The position numbers and the translations under genes are program-made. From assembly GCF_009914755.1 (NCBI RefSeq), contig NC_060926.1: DNA of 64,000 bases; one strand, given 5' to 3'. This document shows, piece after piece, positions 15,750-30,234 of the stretch (position 1 is the first letter of the stretch; each line of letters opens with the position of its first letter). The notes beneath the pieces are model-generated. The model saw only the letters and a program-made list of their open reading frames with translations. It was not told the origin of the DNA and made no database searches. This stretch comes from the human T2T-CHM13v2.0 reference genome, Homo sapiens.

Positions 15750-16749
15750 AAACGCATTGTTGTTTTTTACTTTTATTTACAAACCAAGCCCAAAACTCTC
15801 AAACATTATATTGTTAAAGAAAAATCCTGTTGAAATTGTAATAACAAAAATTGTGTTCGCTTTTGAACAAGATTACTTTTGCAACATCTTGGTGGGTGTA
15901 AACATTGAGGTTTAGGCAAACAAAAGGTCGGCAGCTTGGGTATCAGTCCACTGAAAGCAGGATCCGAACAGGAGGGGAAGTGGTGAAGCGGGTGAACTCA
16001 CCTTTGTAGATTTTGAGGTTGAGTGGCTTACAGCATGTTCATTCAGGAAGAGAGGCCAGTATGCAGTTGCAATTGCTTGCAGCCTGGAGGAAGGTCACAT
16101 CTAGATGCATAAATTTTGGAGACAATTTATTTGTCACTGATGCCTTTGGAGACGGTTGAGACCCTTCATTAATCATGAAATGTGATAACTGCTGTTGTAA
16201 CAGCATGAACTTGGTGTTAATCACAGAGCCAATATTATTAAGTGATGTTAAGTGTTGGGAACACAACCAGTATTTTCTCTTAAGGAAATGGGAAGGCTGT
16301 GTCTCTGACCTCACAAATAAATATTCTGGAGGGTGGAGTTGACAGAATTTTAGTGAAGCAGGTATCCAGTTAGCACAGGCCCACAGTGCCAACCAACTAT
16401 GAATTTTGAAGCCGTTAGACCTTACCTAAAATTAGCTGTGCTGTTAGAAGAGTGAATAATAATGCTAATAATGTGACCAGAACCACTGATATTAAAGCCA
16501 AGCTTATCTTGATTACCTGTGTTTTTACTGTGTGAGAGGAATAATTGTGGGAATAATTATCAGGAAAAAGTTTGGGGAACAGTAAACATTGTTTATATGG
16601 ACGATTATGTTTAATTCAAATAAGAAGCATACAATAGGAGTATTTATAATCCAGGCAGATTTTATAGTCACAGTTTAACCACAGGTAAGCTTGAGTTAAT
16701 TTTAATGAAATTCTTTAATGTATATTTGTCTTTAAAAGTAGAAATTTAA

Positions 16750-17241
<492 letters not shown>

Positions 17242-18043
17242 TGAAGGTCTTAGTCCTCAAGGATGAAACATTCTAATGGAGAAAACAAATGAATAAGGCA
17301 GAATCGCAGGACAGGACAGTACGTGTTGTGATGGAGAGTATCACAGTGAAATGGGAGCACACACATGGGGATGGAAGAAGCTTTCTGGATGTTTCCAGCT
17401 GTATTGCACTAAAACAACACCAGCAGATGGGATATAGCAATTCATTTATTCAAACTGATCATAGAGCTTAAAAAGCTAGGCAATTTGGAGAATTAATACA
17501 GAATTAATATTAGGAAATCCAATGTTAATAGAAAGGGTGTGTGTGAGATTAGTGGTGGTTATTCAGGCATTTCCATTTTTACCATATGATAAGATCTGAA
17601 CCTTCTGAAACTTGTAGTAATAGAAGGACCCATTTTTCCTTCTGTGAAGGACCCATTTTTCTAAATAACCAGTTGCACCCTGCTTTCTGTGGCACTGCAG
17701 ACTTCTCCCCGTTCTGGTCCTGCACCCTCTAAAGGTGACAAGGCTGTCCTGGACTGATGGAGCCACCTGGGGCCATCAGCCTCCCACCTCCTTTCTGGCT
17801 TCTTAGGAAACCTGTCTGTTTTTCTTCTGTTTACACACTTGCAACACAGTTAATTTTCCAACAGATTGCCTTTTCTTTTCATATGTACATACGTTCTTCT
17901 TAATCCATATGCTTCTTTACTCCTTTTGACTTGCTATTCTTTCTTTCTCTGTGTTCCAAATGTAGACTAAAAAACTTTTAACTATGACTAGCAGCAATGA
18001 AAAGAATATAAATGATATTACTGTGTTAAGAAGGCAGAGACCA

Positions 18044-18375
<332 letters not shown>

Positions 18376-18889
18376 TAGAACCAATGTCCCCATTTGTTTA
18401 AGCCCTTGAAAAGGCCCTAGAGTCCTGCTTAAATCTTCTATGTCTTTATCTGTTTGTCTGTTGTCTACTTAAGTCTAATGTTCTTCTTTTTATAATATCT
18501 GTGTTCAAGATAAAGAGAATCTAATATTTCTATTTGTCAAATCTTTAAAAAAGTATGCATTCATATTATTGTATATTATATTGTATTTTATAGATAGCAC
18601 TGTCTCTGTGAAAGACTGTTCTATTTCAAATAACTGACATAGCAATCTTTGAAAGCAGTTTTTTTCTTTACTGATTTGTTCATGTATTTAATTTTTCCCA
18701 TTTATTCCCTGAATAGTTACTGAGGCACTGTGTACTGGGATCTCAGCTGAAAAAGTTATACTGGATGCACTTAAAGATTTTGTTCTGGGATAAATCTTGC
18801 ACATACATACACTTTCTTCATGTACTTTCAATACACACATCAATGTATAGTATATATCATGCGTATATACACACACATATATGCATATA

Positions 18890-19376
18890 TGGTAGAGGAG
18901 AAAGAGTATTTTCCTTACCCATTGCAAGGTTCGTGGCTGAGGCATCTATAATAAAAGACAGGTTAATAAGAGAAAAGCGTATAGATTTATTTAATATAAG
19001 TTTCATTTGACATGGGAGCTTTCAGAAGTGAAGACCCAAAGAAACAGGGAAACCTTTATATTTTATGCTTAGATTAGATGAAGAGTGAACTTTTGTGTGG
19101 AAGTATGATTGGACAAAGGGGGTATGATCTAATAGTAATATACTGGGGGGAACTTAGCAAAATCCCCTTTGTTCAGTTCTTCTTGGTGTCTCAGTGTCTT
19201 TGAGGATCAGAATGTTTCTTTCCTCTGGGTATAGGGAGGATGCCTCTGGAATGAAGATTTTAGGACCTGCTTCAGGGGAGAAGGGCCAGGGAAGGTGAGA
19301 GTGACCTTCCTGCTTCTGCTGTTTTTTTAAATGTCAAGGTGCCATATTTTGGGGTAGCCTGTCCTAAACTCCATCA
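18890..19376 (-). mobile_element. MER31-type ERV1 solo LTR
   Basis: Reverse strand starts TGATGGAGTTTAGGACAGGCTACCCCAAAATATGGCACCTTG; sits within a (CA/TA)-rich tract. Confidence 0.75.
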
Positions 19377-19664
19377 ATACCTATACACAGATATACATAT
19401 ACACACATGTGCCCACATGTATGGACACACACGAGCATACACACATGCACACACACATATGTAAAGTGGTATTTGATCTAGGAATTGAAGGATGGGTCAG
19501 AGTAATTGGGTAGAAATGTGAGAAGGGCAGTAGTTGTGGAGGGAATTCCGTGCTCAATCCATCAGGGTAGGAAATCTCGGGCTCTGTAATGTTGAAAGGA
19601 CCTGGATTTGTTAGCACGTTGGTTCTAAACAGGGGAGTAGTAAGAGAGAAGGCTGAAAAGGTAG

Positions 19665-20401
19665 TGCTGTGGTTTAAATGTTTGTCTTCTCCCAAACTCA
19701 TGGTGCTGATATTGTTTGGCTGTGTCCCCACCCAAATCTCACCTTGAATTGCAGTCCCCATAGTCCCCATATGTCGTGGGAGGGACCCGGTGGGAGGTAA
19801 TTGAATCATGGGGGCGGTTACCCTCATGCTTTTCTTATGATACTGAGTTCTCACACCATCTGATGGTTTTATAAAGGGCTTTTCCCCTCTGTGCTCGGCA
19901 CTTCTCTTCCTGCTGCCATGTGAAGAAGGATGTTTTTGCTTCCCCTTCCGCCACCACGATTGTTAAGTTTCCTGAGGCCTCCCCAGCCATGCGGAACTTG
20001 AGTCAATTAAACTTTTTTTCTTTTATAAATTACCCAGTCTTGGGTATGTCTGTATTAGCAGCATGAGAACAGACTAATACAATTGCCACTGCAGCAGTCT
20101 TAAGAGGTGGGATCTTTAAGAGGTGATTAGGCCGTGAGGGTTTCGTCCTTATGAATGGATTAATGACACTATTGCAGGAGTGGGTTCCTCTTAGAAGAAT
20201 AAGCTCAGCCCTCTTTTCTCTCCCTCTTGCCCTCTCTTTGCTTTTCTGCCATGAGATTGTTGCAGCAAAAAGGCCCTTACCACATGTCAGCCCCTTGATC
20301 TTGGACTTCTCAGCCTCCAGAACTGTGAGCCAGTCCATTTCTGCTCATTATAAATTACCTAGTCTGTAGTATTGTTATAGCAGCACAAACAGACTAGGAC
20401 A
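19665..20401 (+). mobile_element. MSTB/MSTD-type MaLR LTR split by a THE1
   Basis: tgctgtggtttaaatgtttg...caaactcatg; resumes ...gaggtgattaggccgtgagg...cacaaacagactaggaca. Confidence 0.8.
19707..20081 (+). mobile_element. THE1 (C/D-type) solo LTR
   Basis: tgatattgtttggctgtgtccccacccaaatctc...gcatgagaacagactaataca. Confidence 0.9.
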
Positions 20402-20460
20402 GGTAGCATAGTGGGGATGAATTTCAGTCCACAAAGTTAACCGTGGCTAAAGTATGACTC

Positions 20461-20462
<2 letters not shown>

Positions 20463-20491
<29 letters not shown>

Positions 20492-20747
20492 AAGGAGTCT
20501 CGCTCTGTTGCCCAGGCCAGAGTGCAGGTGCGATCTCGGCTCACTGCAAGCTCCGCCTGCCTCAGCCTCCTGAGTAGCTGGGACTACAGGTGTCCGCCAG
20601 CACGCCTGGCTAATTGTTTTATATTTTTAGTAGAGATGGGGTTTCACCACGTTAGCCAGGATGGTCTCAATCTCCTGACCTCGTGATCCGCCTGCCACAG
20701 CCTCCCAAAGTGCCGGGATTACAGGCGTGAACCACCACTCTCAGCCT
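20463..20747 (-). mobile_element. AluY/Sc-type Alu with an internal deletion
   Basis: T26 tail; the right arm reads gcaagctccgcct|gcctcagcc and lacks the segment between. Confidence 0.93.
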
Positions 20748-20884
20748 ACTCACTTTTTGATCATAACTCCGTTTATATTTCAGGCTCATTTCTGACCATG
20801 CTGTAGGAGGCATCTCTTTATTCTTCTTTTGAGGTCATCTCCTCTCTGCCTTGTGTCCTGGTCCTGGGATCTTGCCTTTGCCGG

Positions 20885-20938
20885 TCACTGGGTGGGCATC
20901 TGGTCCTCACTGGGTGGGCATCTGGTCCTCACTGGTGG
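20885..20938. repeat. 22-bp tandem repeat (tcactgggtgggcatctggtcc) x2.4
   Basis: Directly visible; two identical units plus a partial third. Confidence 0.9.
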
Positions 20939-22917
20939 CTAATGCAAGGTACTCCTGAGACAGAAAACCTCCCAGTTCTCCAGGCCCTTGGGCTCTTTGC
21001 TGTGTGGGAAGCTTTGTGAGGCTGCTGCCTGCCAAGCTCCACCACAAACCACCCTTCCCTTGTTGGGGTCTTGTCCCTTCCCCAGCAGCTCTGCTTGTGA
21101 ACCCAGAAACCCATCTCTTCTCCGTCCTGCTTGCTGCAGGTCTCTTTCTAGTCTGGTGGAACTTGGTAGTTCTGGTAGCAGGTTACTTGCTCTACACATG
21201 AGAACCATTTCCCATCTGTGCTTAGGCTTAGTCAGGATCATTTGTAGGCTAGTTCTGCTGCTTTCAGGTCATACCCGTCTCTCAAGATCAATGAACATAA
21301 GGACCTGTTCCTATCTTGATTGAGGAGGAAAGAAGGGGAATGTACCAGAAAGAAAAAAAAATTAGATCATTTCTCAAAAAATGTGTCCTCCACAGGATGG
21401 ATCTCAGTTGAGGCGGGTCTTAGACATCAAAATTGAGGAGTCCAGGCTTCACTGGGAAGGTAACAGGAAGCCTTGAGTGACCCTGAGCTGGGGAGTGACA
21501 TGTGATGAGGGTTGTGTTTCTCCTGTGTGGCAATGGGAGGCAAACAGGAGAGGGGGGAATCTGGATTCAGGGAGACCCCAGGGGAGGCTCCTAGCATGGT
21601 CCCTGCAGGGGTGATTTCTGGTGCTGCAGTAGGTCCTTAACTTAGAGAACAATGGTTAGTACAGCTCGTGCCCTGTGGACCTCACCCAAGGCTTTAGTTC
21701 ATGGAACTCCCAACAGGAAGCCATATTACCAAACTCTTACTTATATGTTACCTTAAGGCAGAGCTGTTCTCATTGCAGAATGTTACCATTTGAATGGGAA
21801 GCTCTAGAGGTCGAGAAACGATCAGTGACTGAAAAAGGAAGTTACAGAAGGTTATTCACGAAGGGAACATTCTTTCATTTCATGACCACCTGACGCACTG
21901 TCAAATTGAGGAAGCCAGCATTCCTAATGGGTTTTTTGACCTGGAAGGACATTGGATACTCTGAAAGAGGAAGCTACTCTAATAAGGTTGGGGCCCCCAG
22001 ACTGGTAATAACTGGTTAACTTGGGGAGACCTTGCCGAGTGTTAATTAAATTTGCATTACAGGTGGAGGAATCTGATGTCTGGAAATACTTTCCCATTCC
22101 ATTTAAAGGGTAAGCTGCAGATCTCTAAGGCTCTCTTTGTGACTTTTAAGAAAATAGCAGACAAAGAAGGCTTTTGTGGGATAAAAAAAACACGGAAAGT
22201 TTCTTGCTGAAACTTGATGAGTCTGCATTTGCAGCACATACATGTATCAGATTTTTTTGTGTGTGCCCAGATAGGCATTTTTGCTTTTAAATTTTCAGCT
22301 GAGTCTGATTACCTAATTAGTTCAGATTGGCCCTTTCTTGGGGAGACAGGGAGGAAAGAGGCTTTGAAGTTGTGAAAGGGACCATGAAGCAGACAGGGTT
22401 CTGGGGGTTGGGAAGGTGCTGCTGGTGGGAGGCGTCCTGGAGGCTTCTGTCTTTATCCTCATTGCGTCTGTAGCAGTTCATGCAGAGGAACTCTTAGGGA
22501 TCCCGGGTGATAGCAGTCACTGGGCTTTAGGGAACTCTGTTGGAGAGCCTGCAGGCAAGTGGATCAAAAAATCAAACTGTTGAGAGGGGTGTAACATACA
22601 AAGCAAGGTTACATCCCTTACAGTCCGTCTCCTTACCACATCCCACTCTCTGGAAACCACCATTGACAAGAGTTTCCTGTTTATTCTTATAAAAAACTCC
22701 TGTGCGCAAACAGGCACACATTGCTTTTAAACACACATGATTTGTTTGTTCTCATTATTCAGATTGTACCACCTGACACCCTTGACTCTGCTGTTCCCTT
22801 TTGCCAGTCAGTCCAGCTCGGTCCGTCCCACAGCTGCGGGGTAGAGTCCACCATGATCCAGTTTGTTTCACCAGGTTTCCGTGAGAAACAGCTGGATGTT
22901 TTTGGTTTCCAGCCTTT

Positions 22918-23348
22918 GGGGGTTGAATGATAACCCTCATCCCCCAAAAAGATATGTCCACATCTTAATCCTCGAACCTGTGAATGAGATCTTATTGGAA
23001 AATTAAGGATCTAGAGATGAGATCATCCTGATGTAACCATGTGGGTTCTAAATCCAGTGGCAAGTGCCCTTAGAAGACACAGAAGAGAAGACACAGGGAG
23101 AGGAGATCTTGTGAGGATAGAGGTAGAGATTGGAGTAATGCAGCCACAAGCCGAGAAATAGCTGGAGCCCCTAGAAGCTGGAAGAGGCAAGGGATGATTC
23201 TCTTTTAGAGCTGCCAGAGGGAGTGTGGCTCTGCTGGTCCCTGGATTTCAGACTTCTGGTCTCCATACCCGAGAGAGAATACATTTCTGTTGTTTTAAGC
23301 CACCTAGTTTATGGCAATTTGTTAGAGCAGCCCTGGGAAGTTAATACA
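22918..23348 (+). mobile_element. MLT1B/C/D-type MaLR LTR
   Basis: gggttgaatg...aaagatatgtccacatcttaatcc...gaagctggaagaggcaagg...gcagccctgggaagttaataca. Confidence 0.85.
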
Positions 23349-23549
23349 CTGCCCAAACTCTGATCTAATGAACATTTTTCTTATTATGAGAAATAATGGA
23401 CACCTTCTCTGGACACATCTGGGCACATCTGCTCAAGTTTACCTTCAGGACAGGTTTCCAGAAGTAGAATTTTGGTTCTAGGTCCTGAAATATTTTCCCC
23501 TTCAGATGTATTTCATATCACATGCATCCTTGCCTTAGGAATAATAATG

Positions 23550-23790
23550 CAAGTAACAGTAGCAATTACTGTGTGTTGAGTGCTTTTTGTGTGTCAAGCA
23601 TTGTACCTACATTATCTTATTCATCCTGACAATAACCCTATGACACATTTATTATTATCCTCTTTTTATGGATGCAACACTGAGATTTAGAGTATTGAAG
23701 TCACTTGCATAAGATCATATGCTTACATAAGAGGCAGGGGGGCCAGGATTCAACCCACCCTCTAACTCCAAATTCTGTGTTCTTAGCTAT
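23550..23790 (-). mobile_element. MIR
   Basis: ttcatcctgacaataaccctatga...attattatcctc..ttatggatg..actgag. Confidence 0.75.
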
Positions 23791-25106
23791 GTTGCTGGGT
23801 TGGGAAGATAAACCACATTTTAGACTTTTTGGCCCTGTGTTGTATGGACGTGGTTTGGCATGTTCTGGCCACTGGGTGTGGTGGGTTCTGGGAGGTGACA
23901 GACTCAGTTATAATTACAGGAAGAAGTCTGGTCTGGCAGGCAGCATGTGGAATCAATCCATAGTGCATTGGGAGTCTGGTGAAATAGCACCATGCAGATG
24001 GTCCATCTTGGCGTAATGGGATCCCAACAGGTGGACTGAACATCCAGGAGTTAGAACATCAGTGATAATCACAAAGCTACAGTTATTGTTAGCTCTTACT
24101 ACATGTCAGGCATTGCTCTAAGTGCTGTATGTGTATTCACCCACTGTGAAGTAGGTACCGCATTAGCATGGAAGGGAACCATCAGTAAGTCATGGGACGC
24201 AACTGCTTGGCATTCAGGTACAGATCAGCTCCTGAGTGAGGAGACAGCAAGAACAAGGCTGAAAATGGAGGTACCAGGTAAGTTCAAGAAAGAGACCTCA
24301 GCTCAGGCTACCGGGTGGGTACCCAGTTAATAGAGTTGCAAGATGGGAATACATCTCAGGAGAGAGGCAGAAGTTTAGTTACCGGAACAGGGGTCCTTCA
24401 TCAGAGGTCAGCGTAGCATGACTTAACACCAATTCCAGAATCCATTTGGTGCCTGCTCTAAGGAGTGTAGCAGCAGCAGGCCCAGGAGGGGAAATAATGG
24501 AGCTTGCCATTGACTTCCTCAGGCTTATGACCTTGTGGTTATGGCGACATACATGAGACCCGAGACTGCGGTGAATAAGTCCTTGATACTAGTGTGTCGT
24601 GTTCTCATTTATTTCTTTATTGCAACTAGTGAACACAGGGTTCAGCTGTAAGACTTCTGGGCAGCACCGCACGGTAGGCTTTCTATAAGCTTAGTGATGT
24701 AATCCTTTAACTATTTTTATCTTTAATACAATTGTTATCTCTACTGGCTTTGTTGGCAAGTTTTAATTCACAAGGAGCATTAAGAAGCGTGATTTCTGTT
24801 GGCTCAGTAAAGTGATTTTCACTTCCTTGTCTCGTTGGGCCACCTGCCATCTCTTAACTTTTGGCAAAGGAAAATAAACTAACACATTGTCTTTTTATTT
24901 ATATATTTATTTATTTTTTTTGGTGGAAGAATATCCCCATCTTGTGGATATTTGCATTGTGTTTTAGCTTCCGTGGTTATAAATACAGATTCACCCAGTG
25001 TGGGCACTTGATCACAGAGATTATTCTTAGAGTCTTCTTTGGTGTCCAATTTCACCAGCATTTCGGATTCTGGACACAGAAGCACCAGGCTGTCCCTCCT
25101 TTATGC

Positions 25107-25392
25107 TTTTTTTTTTTTTTTTTTTTTTTTTTGGAGAAAGGGTCTTTCTCTGTCACCTAGGCTGGAGTGCAGTGGCATGATCATGGCTCCTGGGCTCCAG
25201 TGATCTTCCCACCTCAGCCTCACGAGTATCTGAGACTACAGTTAGTGCCTGGCTACTTTAAAAAAATGTTCTGTAGAGGTGTGCTCTCACTCTGTCTCCC
25301 AGGCTAATCTTGAACTCCTGGCCTCAAGGAATTCTTCTGCCTCCACCTCCCAAAGTGTTGGGATTACAGGCATGAGTCACTGCACCTAGCCT
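25107..25392 (-). mobile_element. AluJ with internal deletions
   Basis: Long T tail followed by diverged Alu arms. Confidence 0.9.
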
Positions 25393-26196
25393 CACTTATG
25401 TTCTATTTACCTTTACCACTGTTGCACTTTCAGCATTTTCAAAGTCCTCTCAAAATAATGGTTTCCTTTGCTTCTCCAAACAGACTTAAGTAATAGGTTA
25501 TACATTCTACTTTAAGATGAGAGAATTACTTTGTTTTAAGATGGGGGAATTTATTGTGTAACAGAGAATAAATCAGTCTTAGACCTGAGGCCAGAAATCT
25601 CTGATTTTCTTGACTTCAGATCACTTACCACTCCCACCCTCTGTCCTGCCCCCAGCTTCAATCATGGAAGAAACAGAATGTAAATGATAGCTGTGTCTCA
25701 AACCATCTTTCAGAAAGCTGACCAGAAATATAAGTCACATTGTTTATAAAGTGCCGATGGAGTTTATCCAAGCAGAATTTGCTTTCCTTTAATTATTTGT
25801 TAAGTGCATTTCTCGAGTTTTCGGAAATGGAAATGAGTTTACTTTATGAGCCATACCATCATGTTCTAATTACTATTTTAAGAAGTTAAAGACCTCCAAA
25901 AATTGGATTTGACTTAAACATACAATGTATGGTGTCAGAGTAAAGATTAGGGCTTGGACTGATGTTGTCTGGTACACAGGAAAAAATTCTATTACATATA
26001 GTTAAAATGAATTTTTAAAAATTTGGTGCTGAAATAGTAAACTTCAGTCTTTAGGCATTCACTTTGGTAAAATTCCTGGAAAGCACCAGGCATGTCAAGT
26101 GCTATAATACAAAGTTTTACAAATAGGGATTTGAAGTGATTGCTTTTATGGCATGGAATAATGCCAAAGAAGTCTCTTGTTAAATATGGACAGTGA

Positions 26197-26537
<341 letters not shown>

Positions 26538-26599
26538 TTAGGCACATTCTTGATTTGCACATGCTGACGCCTGCATGTGTTCCGCTCTGTTTGGAAATG

Positions 26600-26722
26600 T
26601 ATCCCTAGACTGTAAGCTTCATGAGGGTAAGGTCTTAGTCCATCTTGTTTTTACTGGATCCCTTGGCTTAGAACAGTGTACAGTAGGGACTTAATATATA
26701 TTTGTTGAGTGAATTAATGAAC
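26600..26722 (+). mobile_element. L2 3' end
   Basis: ctagactgtaagcttcatgaggg...atatttgttgagtgaattaatgaa. Confidence 0.75.
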
Positions 26723-26827
26723 AGGTACATAAAGGTAGCAAGAAATGAATGTAGATCTTTATTAGTGACAAATGAGTGAAACTAAAATTCAAAAATTGGG
26801 GACTTGTATGCTATTTGATCATGGTCA

Positions 26828-27350
<523 letters not shown>

Positions 27351-27399
27351 TCATTAGTGCCTTTTAGATCAAATTGAGAAGGAAACACTAGAGTCAGCG

Positions 27400-27612
27400 A
27401 TACTTGAGTAGGGTGATATTGCCCTCCACGTGACATGTGGCAATGTCTGGAGACATCATTAGTTGTCATGGCTTGGGGGAGGGTCCTACTGGCATCTAGT
27501 GGGCAGAGGCCACCAATGCTGCCAATGCATCCTGCAGTGCACAAGATAGCCCCCTACAACAGAGAATTACCTGGCACTAAGTGCCAATAGTGTTGAGGCT
27601 GAGAAACCCTGT
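27400..27612. mobile_element. MER20 hAT MITE
   Basis: ggcaatgtctggagacat...ctactggcatctagtggg.agaggcca...gagaaaccctg. Confidence 0.85.
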
Positions 27613-28484
27613 CCTAGTCACTCATAAAGCTATATTAAAATATTGAGCCAGATAAAAATTGTGTCATTATACACATCTCATGTTGAATCAGATATTACTA
27701 ACTAAAGTCTATTAATATGTAGCACATAAGTGAATTTTCTTATTTCTTTATGCTATGGTTCCTGACGTAAATTACTTTTGTTTTTAAAAACTGATGATTT
27801 CTGTCAATATCAGGGACACTTTTCACCAATATGTTTATATATTTTTAAAAAGATACCATTTGCTTTTCAAACAGTACAGTAAACGTATACCAAATGAAGC
27901 ATTGCTGAGCTGAGCAAGCCCTATTACTTGATAAAGTTACAACAGCCACACAAGAATGGAACAACTTGTCTATAGTTTGATCAAAATACACCTGATTAAA
28001 ATACATTTGATGAGTTTGCTGATATTTATTGAAATGAAACCTAGTTGATGTTACGTGTTTTATATACATTTAACCCGCATTTTAGACCTACTAGACTTTT
28101 ACATTTAAAAAGAGTTTCTGTTTTCTCTGGAAGAATATTATTAATTTCTGCAGCAGAAGAGAGTTGGAAAATTAGGGTAATTCCACTGTTTCATTTGCTC
28201 TTTCAGACATGGTGAAATGTTTCATATTTGAGTAATTGGACGGAGTGGGAAAGACTTTGAAGATATTCTTTGTGTTTATTATCATTGGCTTGAAAGTTGG
28301 CCCTTTTTCCTGGACATTTCATGGCACATCAGTAACTCACTTGGTGGGATCACAGGTGTTGCCTTTGGTGGACTGATATTCTCATAATGGGGATCTGATG
28401 TATGGTATGCCGAATCTGTCTTCGCGCTTGTGACATTGCTCTTAACTCTTGAGTGCTATCTCAAGTGTAGTTTCTTGTGAAAAT

Positions 28485-28690
28485 TGATGACATTTACTGA
28501 ATGCCGAGTGTGTGTTGGGCACAGTACTAAATGCTGTTCGTGAATTACCCATTTCATTCTCATCACAATGTCATGAGGTAGCTACTATTATGGTTCCCAT
28601 TTTAGAGATAGGGAAACAGGCTTGGAAAGTTTAAGTGATTTGTCCGTGGTTGTGTAACTAGGGGGTAGGGAGGCTAGAATAGGTCACGTT
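28485..28690 (-). mobile_element. MIR
   Basis: catttactgaatgcc...cccattttagagatagggaaacaggc. Confidence 0.75.
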
Positions 28691-30178
28691 ACCCTGTTGA
28701 TCATCTTTGCTGTCTTCAAAGGAGGGGTTGAGGCGGTGGGGTGCTTTTAGTGAGATAGCATACAGAGAGAATTCTGACCTTAACTCTAAAGTCCAACTAT
28801 AATAAAATAGCAATGAAATATAACTCAACGCCATTTCATATAGCTCTGCAAGGAGAGGGAAGGCACTTGCTGGTACAGTTGGGTTTAAAAGGATTACCTT
28901 GTTGAGTCAGTTTTCCCTCCCCTTGGCTAGCAGTTGGGGCAGAATGTGGAAATACAGATTTGCAGTAATGCATGACCTGAGAGGATGCTGCTTGAGTCAG
29001 GCTTGGCTTCCATAGTGTGCACAGACTTCTTCATGCCCCATGCTGCTCTAATTGTACTTAAGAACCATCTAGGATTGCTATGCCTCTGGGTAGCAGCACT
29101 TTTGTGGAGCCTCCCTGTCCATGTCCAGAAAGCTGTATGAATGGAGGTTTGCCTGGTACTTAATGTGTGTCTACGTGTGTGTATGTATGTGTGTGCATGC
29201 AATGTATGTTTGCATGACTCTCATTGGTGGTCGTGGGGAGTGTGTCATCTCCTCCCATGGACACTTCCTATATTTCTGGTAGCCTCTGGTCCTGTGGGGC
29301 TGTAAGTAGTTAATTGTTCCTAGTTCTCTCTGGTCTATGAGCAGCTTAAGCATAGATATTGTGTTAATACTAGTAGTAACAGAGACCCTTTGAGTTCTGG
29401 TCTCTCTCTGTTTTAATGATGAAGCAACTAAGCCAAAGATGGGTAAATAGTGCCTGAGGATACTCAGCCCATGAGTAGAAGAGCTGAGGTTCCTACGTAA
29501 GGCGGTCCAAGGTCAACATCTGTACTCTCTTCACTATTCTCTGCTCTCTCTTTTATCTTTGTATCCTTGGCACATGGTAGTTAATCAGTAAGTCTTAGCT
29601 GAATAAATGCTGCTTATGAACACTTCTAGGTGGAAATTAAGCATTGCTTTTACCAGAGTATAATGCTGAATTGTAATATACTCAAGGATGGTGGCAAGAA
29701 TCCCCTGTACTTGGTGCCGAATCCTCTGACTAATCGCCCGAAGGAAGTTCTGTGTTCTCAGAGCATCTGTCCTATTTGTGTCTCTTGGGTCTGGATTTCC
29801 CAGTCTTTAGTCCAGTTTCATAATCTGCCTCCTGAGCTCTTCCAGGGAAACTTTCTGAGCTTTTCTTGGTGCTGTTTGGAGTTCCACTTTCAGAGTGAAT
29901 TTTCATTCTGATGTTCCCTGATTGGGGCCTCCCCTGTTGCCCTGGGAGGGAGTCCTCACATTACCCCCAGCTCAAGAGAGAGCACTGGCCAGGCGTGGGG
30001 CACCTCTAGCTGTGTGACTGTGGAGAGTAGCCTTTTTACATCTTGAGTTTTTCATCTACAAATTGTGAGGGAAATTACCTACTACAAATTGTAGTAGTAG
30101 GTAATCTTGTTCTATAGTTCTTTGCCGTTAAAAAAATTATGGACCCCTTTAACAATCTGCCAAAAACACACCTTGTGC

Positions 30179-30234
30179 TGTGCGTGCACGTGCGCATGCA
30201 CACACACACACACGCGCACACACACACACACACA
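30179..30234. repeat. Alternating purine-pyrimidine (CA/CG/TG)n tract
   Basis: tgtgcgtgcacgtgcgcatgcacacacacacacacgcgcacacacacacacaca. Confidence 0.9.

Noticed and set aside
19381-19854. 157-aa minus-strand ORF
   Set aside because: Runs through THE1/MST LTR sequence and a CA repeat; no coding features.
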